This document shows positions 15,001-30,000 of a stretch of DNA of 64,000 bases, piece after piece. Under the pieces are notes generated by a model. It searched no databases. It had not been told where the DNA came from and worked only from the letters and a program-made list of their open reading frames with translations. Numbering within the stretch: position 1 is the stretch's first letter; each line of letters begins with the position of its first letter. The translations under genes and the position numbers were made by a program. This DNA is from Mobula hypostoma (Eukaryota): positions 100,628,001 to 100,692,000 of the forward strand of contig NC_086097.1 in assembly GCF_963921235.1 (NCBI RefSeq). Direction: 5' to 3'.

Positions 15001-18000
15001 AGATTATTGTTCAATCACACCGATACCCTTTCTCCGATTCCACAGTGAGATTACTGTTCAATTACACAGACACCCTGTCTCCCATTCCACAGTGAGATTA
15101 CTGTTCAATCACACCGACAGCCTTTCTCCCATTCCACAGTGAGATTACTGTTCAATCATATCGACTCCCTTTCTCCCATTCCACAGTGAGATTACTGTTC
15201 AATCACACGGACACCCTTTCTCCCATTCCACAGTGAGATTACTGTGCAATCACATCAACACACTTTCTCCCGTTCCACAGTGAATTTATTGTTCAATCAT
15301 ACCGACACCCTTTCTCGCATTCCACAGTGAGATTACTGTAGAATCACACCGACACCCTTTCTCCCATTCCACAGTGAGATTACTGTTCAATCACACCGAC
15401 ACCCTTTCTCCCATTCCACAGTGAGATTACTGTTCAATCACACCGACAGCCTTTCTCCCATTCCACAGTGAGATTACTGTTCAATCACATCAACACCCTT
15501 TCTCCCATTCCACAGTGAGATTACTGTTCAATCACACTGACACCCCTCTCCCATTCCACAGTGAGATTACTGTTCAATCACACCGACACCCTTTCTCCCG
15601 TTCCACAGTGAGATTACTGTTCAATCATACCGACACCCCTTCTCCCATTTCACAGTGAGATTACTGTTCAATCACACCGACACCCTTTCTCCCATTCCAC
15701 AATAAGATTACTGTTCAATCACACCAACACCCTTTCTCCCATTGCCAGTGGGATTAGTTCAATCACACCAACTGCCTAACTCCCATTCTGCAGTTAGATT
15801 ACTGTTCAATCACACAAACACCGATTCTCCCATTCTGCAGTGAGAATATTGTTCAATCACACCGATACCCTTTCTCCCATTCCACAGTGAGATTACTGTT
15901 CAATCACACAGACACCCTGTCTCCCATTCCACAGTGAGATTACTGTTCAATCACACTGACACCCCTCTCCCATTTCACAGTGAGATTACTGTTCAATCAC
16001 ACCGACACCCTTTATCCCTTTCCACCGTGAGATTACTGTTCAATCACATCAACACCCTTTCTCCCATTCCACAGTGAATTTATTGTTCAATCATACCGAC
16101 ACTCTTTCTCGCATTCCACAGTGAGATTACTGTTCAATCACACCGACACCCTTTCTCCCATTCGACAGTGAGATTACTGTTCAATCACACTGACACCCCT
16201 TCTCCCATTCCACAGTGAGATTAATGTTCAATCACACTGACACCCCTTCTCCCACTCCACAGTGAGATTACTGTTCAATCACACCGACACCCTGTCTCCC
16301 ATTCCACAGTGAGATTACTGTTCAATCACACCGACAGCCTTTCTCCCATTCCACAGTGAGATTACTGTTCAATTATATCGACTCCCTTTCTCCCATTCCA
16401 CAGTGAGATTACTGTTCAATCACACGGACACCCTTTCTCCCATTCCACAGTGAGATTACTGTTCAATCACATCAACACCCTTTCTCCCATTCCACAGTGA
16501 ATTTATTTTTCAATCATACCGACACCCTTTATCGCATCCACAGTGAGATTACTGTACAATCACACCGACACCCTTTCTCGCATTCCACAGTCAGATTACT
16601 GTTCAATCATACCGACACCCCTTCTCCCATTTCACAGTGAGATTACTGTTCAATCACACCAACACCCTTTCTCCCATTGCCAGTGGGATTACTGTTCAAT
16701 CACACCAACACCTATTCTCCCATTCTGCAGTGAGAATATTGTTCAATCACACCGATACCCTTTCTCCCATTCCACAGTGACATTACTCTTCAATCACACA
16801 GACACCCTGTCTCCCATTCCACAGTGAGATTACTGTTCAATCACACCGACACCCTTTCTCCCATTCCACAGTGAGATTACTGTTCAATCACATCAACACC
16901 CTTTCTCCCATTCCACAGTGAATTTATTGTTCAATCATACCGACATCCTTTCTCGCATTCCACAGTGAGATTACTGTACAATCACACCGACACCCTTTCT
17001 CGCATTCCACAGTGAGATTACTGTTCAATCACACTGACACCCTTTCTCCCATTCCACAGTGAGATTACTGTTCAATCATACCGACACCCTTTCTCCCATT
17101 CCACAGTGAGATTACTGTTCAATCACACTGACACCCATCTACCATTCCACAGTGAGATTACTGTTCAATCACACCGACAGCCTTTCTCCCATTCCACAGT
17201 GAGATTACTGTTCAATTATATCGACTCCCTTTCTCCCATTCCACAGTGAGATTACTGTTCAATCACACGGACACCCTTTCTCCCATTCCACAGTGAGATT
17301 ACTGTTCAATCACATCAACACCCTTTTTCCCATTCCACAGTGAATTTATTGTTCAATCATACCGACACCCTTTCTCGCATTCCACAGTGAGATTACTGTA
17401 CAATCAAACCGACACCCTTTCTCGCATTCCACAGTGAGATTACTGTTCAATCACACTGACACCCCTGCTCCCATTACACAGTGAGATTACTGTTCAATCA
17501 TACCGACACCCTTTCTCCAATTCCACAGTGAGATTACTGTTCAATCACACTGACACCCCTCTCCCATTCCACAGTGAGATTACTGTTCAATCATATCGAC
17601 TCTCTTTCTCCCATTCCACAGTGAGATTACTGTTCAATCATATCGACTCCCTTTCTCCCATTCCACAGTGAGATTACTGTTCAATCACACGGACACCCTT
17701 TCTCACATTCCACAGTGAGATTACTGTACAATCACACCGACACCCTTTCTCGCATTCCACAGTGAGATTACTGTTCAATCACACGGTCACACTTTCTCCC
17801 ATTACACAGTGAGATTACTGTTAAGTCATACCGACACCCTTTCTCCCATTCCACAGTGAGATTACTGTTCAATCACATTGACAGCCCTCTCCCATTCCAC
17901 AGTGAGATTACTGTTCAATCATACCGACACCCTTTCTCCCATTCCACAGTAAGATTACTGTTCAATCACACCAACACCTTTCTCAAATTCCACAGTGAGA

Positions 18001-21000
18001 TTACTGTTCAATCACACCGACACCCTTTCTCCCATTCCACAGTGAGATTACTGTTCAATCACACCGACACCCTTTCTCCCATTCCACAGTGAGATTACTG
18101 TTCAATCACACCGACACGCTTTCTCCCATTGCACAGTGGGATTACTATTCAATCACACCAACACCTATTCTCCCATGCTACAGTGAGATTATTGTTCAAT
18201 CACACCGATACCCTTTCTCCGATTCCACAGTGAGATTACTGTTCAATCACACAGACACCCTGTCTCCCATTCCACAGTGAGATTACTGTTCAATCACACT
18301 GACACCCCTTCTCCCATTACACAGTGAGATTACTGTTCAATCATACCGACACCCTTTCTCCCATTCCACAGTGAGATTACTGTTCAATCACAACGACACC
18401 CTTTCTCCCATTCCACAGTGAGATTACTGTTCAATCACATCCACACGCTTTCTCCCATTCCAAAGTGAATTTATTGTTCAATCATACCAACACCCTTCCT
18501 CGCATTCCACAGTGAGATTACTGTAGAATCACACCGACACCCTTTCTCGCATTTCACAGTGAGATTACTGTTCAATCACACTGTCACACTTTCTCCCATT
18601 ACACAGTGAGATTACTGTTAAATCATACCGACACCCTTTCTCCCATTCCATAGTGAGATTACTGTTGAATCACACTGACAGCCCTCTCCCATTCCACAGT
18701 GAGATTACTGTTCAATCACACCGACACCCTTTCTCCCATTCCACAGTGAGATTATAGTTCAATCACACGAACACCCTTTCTCCCATTCCACAGTGAGATT
18801 TCTGTTCAATCACACCGACACCCTTTCTCGCATTCCACAGTGAGATTACCGTTCAATCATACCGACACCCTTTCTCCCATTCCACAGTGAGATTACTGTT
18901 CAATCACACCGACACCATTTCTCCCATTCCACAGTGAGATTACTGTTCAATCACACTGACACCCCTTCTCCCAATCCATAGTGAGATTACTGTTCAATCA
19001 CACCGACACCCTTTCTCCCGTTCCACAGTGTGATTACTGTTCAATCACACCGACACCCTTTCTCCCATTCCACAGTAAAATTACTGTTCAATCACACCAA
19101 CACCCTTTCTCCCATTCCACAGTGAGATTACTGTTCAATCACAGCGACACACTTTCTCCCATTCCACAGTGAGATTACTGTTCAATCACACCGACACCCT
19201 TTCTCCCATTCCACAGTGAGATTACTGTTCAATCACACTGACACCCCTCTCCAATTCCACAGTGAGATTACTGTTCAATCATTTCGACTCCCCTTCTCCC
19301 AATCCATAGTGAGATTACTGTTCAATCACACCGACACCCTTTCTCCCGTTCCACAGTGTGATTACTGTTCAATCACACCGACACCCTTTCTCCCATTCCA
19401 CAGTGAGACTACTGTTCAATCACACTGACACCCCTCTCCCATTCCACAGTGAGATTACTGTTCAATCATATCGACTCCCCTTCTCCCAATCCATAGTGAG
19501 ATTGCTGTTCAATCACACCGACACCCTTTCTCCCGTTCCACAGTGAGATTACTGTTCAATCACACCGACACCCTTTCTCCCATTCCACAGTGAGATTACT
19601 GTTCAATCACATCAACTCCCTTTCTCCCATTCCACAGTGAATTTATTGTTCAATCATACCGACACCCTTTCTCGCATTCCACAGTGAGATTACTGTACAA
19701 TCAAACCGACACCCTTTCTCGCATTCCACAGTGAGATTACTGTTCAATCACACTGACACCCCTTCTCCCATTACACAGTGAGATTACTGTTCAATCATAC
19801 CGACAGCCTTTCTCCCATTCCACAGTGAGATTACTGTTCAATCACACTGACACCCCTCTCCCATTCCACAGTGAGATTACTGTTCAATCATATCGACTCC
19901 CTTTCTCCCATTCCACAGTGAGATTACTGTTCAATCATATCGACTCCCTTTCTCCCATTCCACATCAGGATTACTGTTCAATCACACGGACACCCTTTCT
20001 CAAATTCCACTGTGAGATTACTGTACAATCACACCGACACCGTTTCTCGCATTCCACAGTGAGATTACTGTTCAATCACACTGTCACACTTTCTCCCATT
20101 ACACAGTGCGATTACTGTTCAATCACACTGACAGCCCTCTCCCATTCCACAGTGAGATTACTGTTCAATCACACCGACACCCTTTCTCCCATTCCACAGT
20201 GAGATTACTGTTCAATCATACCGACACCCTTTCTCCCATTCCACAGTAAGATTACTGTTCAATCACAACAACACCCTTTCTCCCATTCCACAGTGAGATT
20301 ACTGTTCAATTATATCGACTCCCTTTCTCCCATTCCACAGTGAGATTACTGTTCAATCACACGGACACCCTTTCTCCCATTCCACAGAGAGATTACTGTT
20401 CAATCACATCAACACCCTTTCTCCCATTCCACAGTGAATTTATTGTTCAATCATACCGACACCCTTTATCGCATCCACAGTGAGATTACTGTACAATCAC
20501 ACCGACACCCTTTCTCGCATTCCACAGTCAGATTACTGTTCAATCATACCGACACCCCTTCTCCCATTTCACAGTGAGATTACTGTTCAATCACACCAAC
20601 ACCCTTTCTCCCATTGCCAGTGGGATTACTGTTCAATCACACCAACACCTATTCTCCCATTCTGCAGTGAGAATATTGTTCAATCACACCGATACCCTTT
20701 CTCCCATTCCACAGTGACATTACTCTTCAATCACACAGACACCCTGTCTCCCATTCCACAGTGAGATTACTGTTCAATCACACCGACAGCCTTTCTCCCA
20801 TTCCACAGTGAGATTACTGTTCAATCACATCAACACCCTTTCTCCCATTCCACAGTGAATTTATTGTTCAATCATACCGACATCCTTTCTCCCGTTCCAC
20901 AGTGAGATTACTGTACAATCACACCGACACCCTTTCTCGCATTCCACAGTGAGATTACTGTTCAATCACACTGACACCCTTTCTCCCATTCCACAGTGAG

Positions 21001-24000
21001 ATTACTGTTCAATCATACCGACACCCTTTCTCCCATTCCACAGTGAGATTACTGTTCAATCACACTGACACCCATCTACCATTCCACAGTGAGATTACTG
21101 TTCAATCACACCGACAGCCTGTCTCCCATTCCACAGTGAGATTACTGTTCAATTATATCGACTCCCTTTCTCCCATTCCACAGTGAGATTACTGTTCGTT
21201 CAATCACACGGACACCCTTTCTCCCATTCCACAGTGAGATTACTGTTCAATCACATCAACACCCTTTTTCCCATTCCACAGTGAATTTATTGTTCAATCA
21301 TACCGACACCCTTTCTCGCATTCCACAGTGAGATTACTGTACAATCAAACCGACACCCTTTCTCGCATTCCACAGTGAGATTACTGTTCAATCACACTGA
21401 CACCCCTGCTCCCATTACACAGTGAGATTGCTGTTCAATCATACCGACACCCTTTCTCCAATTCCACAGTGAGATTACTGTTCAATCACACTGACACCCC
21501 TCTCCCATTCCACAGTGAGATTACTGTTCAATCATATCGACTCTCTTTCTCCCATTCCACAGTGAGATTACTGTTCAATCATATCGACTCCCTTTCTCCC
21601 ATTCCACAGTGAGATTACTGTTCAATCACACGGACACCCTTTCTCACATTCCACAGTGAGATTACTGTACAATCACACCGACACCCTTTCTCGCATTCCA
21701 CAGTGAGATTACTGTTCAATCACACGGTCACACTTTCTCCCATTACACAGTGAGATTACTGTTAAGTCATACCGACACCCTTTCTCCCATTCCACAGTGA
21801 GATTACTGTTCAATCACATTGACAGCCCTCTCCCATTCCACAGTGAGATTACTGTTCAATCATACCGACACCCTTTCTCCCATTCCACAGTAAGATTACT
21901 GTTCAATCACACCAACACCTTTCTCAAATTCCACAGTGAGATTTCTGTTCAATCACACCGACACCCTTTCTCCCATTCCACAGTGAGATTACTGTTCAAT
22001 CACACCGACACCCTTTCTCCCATTCCACAGTGAGATTACTGTTCAATCACACCGACACGCTTTCTCCCATTGCACAGTGGGATTACTATTCAATCACACC
22101 AACACCTATTCTCCCATGCTACAGTGAGATTATTGTTCAATCACACCGATACCCTTTCTCCGATTCCACAGTGAGATTACTGTTCAATCACACAGACACC
22201 CTGTCTCCCATTCCACAGTGAGATTACTGTTCAATCACACTGACACCCCTTCTCCCATTACACAGTGAGATTACTGTTCAATCATACCGACACCCTTTCT
22301 CCCATTCCACAGTGAGATTACTGTTCAATCACAACGACACCCTTTCTCCCATTCCACAGTGAGATTACTGTTCAATCACATCCACACGCTTTCTCCCATT
22401 CCAAAGTGAATTTATTGTTCAATCATACCAACACCCTTCCTCGCATTCCACAGTGAGATTACTGTAGAATCACACCGACACCCTTTCTCGCATTTCACAG
22501 TGAGATTACTGTTCAATCACACTGTCACACTTTCTCCCATTACACAGTGAGATTACTGTTAAATCATACCGACACCCTTTCTCCCATTCCATAGTGAGAT
22601 TACTGTTGAATCACACTGACAGCCCTCTCCCATTCCACAGTGAGATTACTGTTCAATCACACCGACACCCTTTCTCCCATTCCACAGTGAGATTATAGTT
22701 CAATCACACGAACACCCTTTCTCCCATTCCACAGTGAGATTTCTGTTCAATCACACCGACACCCTTTCTCGCATTCCACAGTGAGATTACCGTTCAATCA
22801 TACCGACACCCTTTCTCCCATTCCACAGTGAGATTACTGTTCAATCACACCGACACCCTTTCTCCCATTCCACAGTGAGATTACTGTTCAATCACACTGA
22901 CACCCCTTCTCCCATTCCATAGTGAGATTACTGTTCAATCACACCGACACCCTTTCTCCCGTTCCACAGTGAGATTACTGTTCAATCACACCGACACCCT
23001 TTCTCCCATTCCACAGTAAAATTACTGTTCAATCACACCAACACCCTTTCTCCCATTCCACAGTGAGATTACTGTTCAATCACAGCGACACACTTTCTCC
23101 CATTCCACAGTGAGATTACTGTTCAATCACACCGACACCCTTTCTCCCATTCCACAGTGAGATTACTGTTCAATCACACTGACACCCCTCTCCAATTCCA
23201 CAGTGAGATTACTGTTCAATCATTTCGACTCCCCTTCTCCCAATCCATAGTGAGATTACTGTTCAATCACACCGACACCCTTTCTCCCGTTCCACAGTGT
23301 GATTACTGTTCAATCACACCGACACCCTTTCTCCCATTCCACAGTGAGATTACTGTTCAATCACACTGACACCCCTCTCCCATTCCACAGTGAGATTACT
23401 GTTCAATCATATCGACTCCCCTTCTCCCAATCCATAGTGAGATTGCTGTTCAATCACACCGACACCCTTTCTCCCGTTCCACAGTGAGATTACTGTTCAA
23501 TCACACCGACACCCTTTCTCCCATTCCACAGTGAGATTACTGTTCAATCACATCAACACCCTTTCTCCCATTCCACAGTGAATTTATTGTTCAATCATAC
23601 CGACACCCTTTCTCGCATTCCACAGTGAGATTACTGTACAATCAAACCGACACCCTTTCTCGCATTCCACAGTGAGATTACTGTTCAATCACACTGACAC
23701 CCCTTCTCCCATTACACAGTGAGATTACTGTTCAATCATACCGACACCCTTTCTCCCATTCCACAGTGAGATTACTGTTCAATCACACTGACACCCCTCT
23801 CCCATTCCACAGTGAGATTACTGTTCAATCATATCGACTCCCTTTCTCCCATTCCACAGTGAGATTACTGTTCAATCATATCGACTCCCTTTCTCCCATT
23901 CCACATCGGGATTACTGTTCAATCACACGGACACCCTTTCTCAAATTCCACTGTGAGATTACTGTACAATCACACCGACACCGTTTCTCGCATTCCACAG

Positions 24001-27000
24001 TGAGATTACTGTTCAATCACACTGTCACACTTTCTCCCATTACACAGTGCGATTACTGTTCAATCACACTGACAGCCCTCTCCCATTCCACAGTGAGATT
24101 ACTGTTCAATCACACCGACACCCTTTCTCCCATTCCACAGTGAGATTACTGTTCAATCATACCGACACCCTTTCTCCCATTCCACAGTAAGATTACTGTT
24201 CAATCACAACAACACCCTTTCTCCCATTCCACAGTGAGATTACTGTTCAATCACACCGACACCCTTTCTCACATTCCACAGTGAGATTACTGTTCAATTA
24301 CACCGACACACTTTCTCCCATTCCACAGTGAGATTACTGTTCAATCACACCGACACCCTTTCTCCCATTCCACAGTGAGATTACTGTTCAATCACACCGA
24401 CACGCTTTCTCCCATTGCACAGTGGGATTACTGTTCAATCACACCAACACCTATTCTCCCATTCTGCAGTGAGATTATTGTTCAATCACACCGATACCCT
24501 TTCTCCGATTCCACAGTGAGATTACTGTTCAATCACACAGACACCCTGTCTCCCATTCCACAGTGAGATTACTGTTCAATCACAGCGACAGCCTTTCTCC
24601 CATTCCACAGTGAGATTACTGTTCAATCACACGGACACCCTTTCTCCCATTCCACAGTGAGATTACTGTGCAATCACATCAACACACTTTCTCCCATTCC
24701 ACAGTGAATTTATTGTTCAATCATACCGACACCCTTTCTCGCATTCCACAGTGAGATTACTGTAGAATCACACCGACACCCTTTCTCGCATTCCACAGTG
24801 AAATTACTGTTCAATCACACCGACACCCTTTCTCCCATTCCACAGTGAGATTACTGTTCAATCACACCAACACCCTTTCTCCCATTCCACAGTGAGATTA
24901 CTGTTCAATCATACCGACACCCTTTCTCCCATTCCACAGTGAGATTACTGTTCAATCACACCGACACCCTTTCTCCCATTCCACAGTGAGATTACTGTTC
25001 AATCACACCGACACCCTTTCTCCCATTCGACAGTGAGATTACTATTCAATCACACTGACACCCTTTCTCCCGTTCCATAGTGAGATTACTGTTCAATCAT
25101 ACCGACACCCTTTCTCCCATTCCACATTGAGATTGCCGTTCAATCACACCGACACCCTTTCTCCCATTCCACAGTGGGTTTACTGTTCAATCACACCAAC
25201 TGCCTAACTCCCATTCTGCAGTTAGATTACTGTTCAATCACAGCAACACCTATTCTCCCATTCTGCAGTGAGATTATTGTTCAATCACACTGATACCCTT
25301 TCTCCCATCCCGCAGTGAGATTACTGTTCAATCATGTCAACTCCATTTCTCCCATTCCACAGTGAGATTACTGTTCAATCATACCGACACCCTTTCTCCC
25401 ATTCCACAGTAAGATTACTGTTCAATCACACCAACACCCTTTCTCCCATTCCACAGTGAGATTTCTGTTCAATCTCACCGACACCCTTTCTCCCATTCCA
25501 CAGTGAGATTACTGTTCAATCATACCGACACCCTTTCTCCCATTCCACAGTGAGATTACTGTTCAATCACACCGACACCCTTTCTCCTATTCCACAGTGA
25601 GATTACTGTTCAATCACACCGACACACTTTCTCCCATTCGACAGTGAGATTACTGTTCAATCACACTGACACCCCTTCTCCCGATCCATAGTGAGATTAC
25701 TGTTCAATCACACCGACACCCTTTCTCCCGTTCCACAGTGAGATTACTGTTCAATCATACCGACACCCTTTCTCCCATTCCACAGTGGGTTTACTGTTCA
25801 ATCACACCAACTGCCTAACTCCCATTCTGCAGTTAGATTACTGTTCAATCACAGCAACACCTATTCTCCCATTCTGCAGTGAGATTATTGTTCAATCACA
25901 CTGATACCCTTTCTCCCATCCCGCAGTGAGATTACTGTTCAATCATGTCAACTCCATTTCTCCCATTCCACAGTGAGATTACTGTTCAATTATATCGACT
26001 CCCTTTCTCCCATTCCACAGTGAGATTACTGTTCAATCACACGGACACCCTTTCTCCCATTCCACAGTGAGATTACTGTTCAATCACATCAACACCCTTT
26101 ATCCCATTCCACAGTGAATTTATTGTTCAATCATACCGACACCCTTTCTCGCATTCCACAGTGAGATTACTGTAGAATCACACCGACACCCTTTCTCGCA
26201 TTCCACAGTGAGATTACTGTTCAATCACACTGTCACACTTTCTCCCATTACACAGTGAGATTACTGTTAAATCATACCGACACCCTTTCTCCCATTCCAT
26301 AGTGAGATTACTGTTCAATCACACTGACAGCCCTCTCCCATTCCACAGTGAGATTACTGTTCAATCACACCGACACCCTTTCTCCCATTCCACAGTGAGA
26401 TTACTGTTCAATCATACCGACACCCTCTCTCCCATTCCACAGTAAGATTACTTTTCAATCACACCAACACCCTTTCTCCCATTCCACAGTGAGATTTCTG
26501 TTCAATCACACCGACTCCCTTTCTCCCATTCCACAGTGAGATTACTGTTCAATCATACCGACACCCTTTCTCCCATTCCACAGTGAGATTACTGTTCAAT
26601 CACACCGACACCCTTTCTCCAATTCCACAGTGAGATTACTGTTCAATCACACCGACACCCTTTCTCCCATTCGACAGTGAGATTACTGTTCAATCACACT
26701 GACACCCCTTCTCCCATTACACAGTGAGATTACTGTTCAATCATACCGACACGCTTTCTCCCATTCCACAGTGAGATTACTGTTCAATCACACCGACTCC
26801 CTTTCTGCCATTCCACAGTGAGATTACTGTTCAATCACATCCACACACTTTCTCCCATTCCAAAGTGAATTTATTGTTCAATCATACCGACACCCTTTCT
26901 CGCATTCCACAGTGAGATTACTGTAGAATCACACCGACACCCTTTCTCGCATTCCACAGTGAGATTACTGTTCAATCACACTGACAGCCCTCTCCCATTC

Positions 27001-30000
27001 CACAGTGAGATTACTGTTAAATCATACCGACACCCTTTCTCCCATTCCATAGTGAGATTACTGTTCAATCACACTGACAGCCCTCTCCTATTCCACAGTG
27101 AGATTACTGTTCAATCACACCGACACCCTTTCTCCCATTCCACAGTGAGATTACTGTTCAATCATACCGACACCCTTTCTCCCATGCCACAGTAAGATTA
27201 CTGTTCAATCACACCAACACCCTTTCTCCCATTCCACAGTGAGATTTCTGTTCAATCACACCGACACCCTTTCTCCCATTCCACAGTGAGATTACTGTTC
27301 AATCATACCGACACCCTTTCTCCCATTCCACAGTGAGATTACTGTTCAATCACACCGACACCCTTTCTCCCATTCCACAGTGAGATTACTGTTCAATCAC
27401 ACCGACACCCTTTCTCCCATTCCACAGTGAGATTACTGTTCAATCACACCAACACCTATTCTCCCATTCTGCAGTGAGATTATTGTTCAATCACACTGAT
27501 ACCCTTTCTCCCATTCCACAGTGAGATTACTGTTCAATCACACCGACACCCTTTCTCCTATTCCACAGTGAGATTACTGTTCAATCACACCGACACCCTT
27601 TCTCCCATTCGACAGTGAGATTACTGTTCAATCACACTGACACCCCTTCTCCCAATCCATAGTGAGATTACTGTTCAATCACACCGACACCCTTTCTCCC
27701 GTTCCACAGTGAGATTACTGTTCAATCATACCGACACCCTTTCTCCCATTCCACAGTGGGTTTACTGTTCAATCACACCAACTGCCTAACTCCCATTCTG
27801 CAGTTAGATTACTGTTCAATCACAGCAACACCTATTCTCCCATTCTGCAGTGAGATTATTGTTCAATCACACTGATACCCTTTCTCCCATCCCGCAGTGA
27901 GATTACTGTTCAATCATGTCAACTCCATTTCTCCCATTCCACAGTGAGATTACTGTTCAATCATATCGACTCCCTTTCTCCCATTCCACAGTGAGATTCC
28001 TGTTCAATCACACGGACACCCTTTCTCCCATTCCACAGTGAGATTACTGTTCAATCACATCAACACCCTTTATCCCATTCCACAGTGAATTTATTGTTCA
28101 ATCATACCGACACCCTTTCTCGCATTCCACAGTGAGATTACTGTAGAATCACACCGACACCCTTTCTCGCATTCCACAGTGAGATTACTGTTCAATCACA
28201 CTGTCACACTTTCTCCCATTACACAGTGAGATTACTGTTAAATCATACCGACACCCTTTCTCCCATTCCACAGTGAGATTACTGTTCAATCACATCAACA
28301 CCCTTTATCCCATTCCACAGTGAATTTATTGTTCAATCATACCGACACCCTTTCTCGCATTCCACAGTGAGATTACTGTAGAATCACACCGACACCCTTT
28401 CTCGCATTCCACAGTGAGATTACTGTTCAATCACACTGTCACACTTTCTCCCATTACACAGTGAGATTACTGTTAAATCATACCGACACCCTTTCTCCCA
28501 TTCCATAGTGAGATTACTGTTCAATCACACTGACAGCCCTCTCCCATTCCACAGTGAGATTACTGTTCAATCACACCGACACCCTTTCTCCCATTCCACA
28601 GTGAGATTACTGTTCAATCATACCGACACCCTTTCTCCCATTCCACAGTAAGATTACTTTTCAATCACACCAACACCCTTTCTCCCATTCCACAGTGAGA
28701 TTTCTGTTCAATCACACCGACTCCCTTTCTCCCATTCCACAGTGAGATTACTGTTCAATCATACCGACACCCTTTCTCCCATTCCACAGTGAGATTACTG
28801 TTCAATCACACCGACACCCTTTCTCCAATTCCACAGTGAGATTACTGTTCAATCACACCGACACCCTTTCTCCCATTCGACAGTGAGATTACTGTTCAAT
28901 CACACTGACACCCCTTCTCCCATTACACAGTGAGATTACTGTTCAATCATACCGACACGCTTTCTCCCATTCCACAGTGAGATTACTGTTCAATCACACC
29001 GACTCCCTTTCTGCCATTCCACAGTGAGATTACTGTTCAATCACATCCACACACTTTCTCCCATTCCAAAGTGAATTTATTGTTCAATCATACCGACACC
29101 CTTTCTCGCATTCCACAGTGAGATTACTGTACAATCACACCGACACCCTTTCTCGCATTCCACAGTGAGATTACTGTTCAATCACACTGACAGCCCTCTC
29201 CCATTCCACAGTGAGATTACTGTTAAATCATACCGACACCCTTTCTCCCATTCCATAGTGAGATTACTGTTCAATCACACTGACAGCCCTCTCCCATTCC
29301 ACAGTGAGATTACTGTTCAATCACACCGACACCCTTTCTCCCATTTCACAGTGAGATTACTGTTCAATCATACCGACACCCTTTCTCCCATTCCACAGTA
29401 AGATTACAGTTCAATCACACCAACACACTTTCTCCCATTCCACAGTGAGATTTCTGTTCAATCACACCGACACCCTTTCTCCCATTCCACAGTGAGATTA
29501 CTGTTCAATCATACCGACACCCTTTCTCCCATTCCACAGTGAGATTACTGTTCAATCACACCGACACCCTTTCTCCCATTCCACAGTGAGATTACTGTTC
29601 AATCACACCGACACCCTTTCTCCCATTCCACAGTGAGATTACTGTTCAATCACACCGACACCCTTTCTCCCATTCCACAGTGAGATTACTGTTCAATCAT
29701 ACCGACACCCTTTCTCCCATTCCACAGTGAGATTACTGTTCAATCACACCGACACCCTTTCTCCCATTCCACAGTGAGATTACTGTTCAATCACACCGAC
29801 ACCCTTTCTCCCATTCGACAGTGAGATTACTATTCAATCACACTGACACCCTTTCTCCCGTTCCATAGTGAGATTACTGTTCAATCATACCGACACCCTT
29901 TCTCCCATTCCACATTGAGATTGCCGTTCAATCACACCGACACCCTTTCTCCCATTCCACAGTGGGTTTACTGTTCAATCACACCAACTGCCTAACTCCC

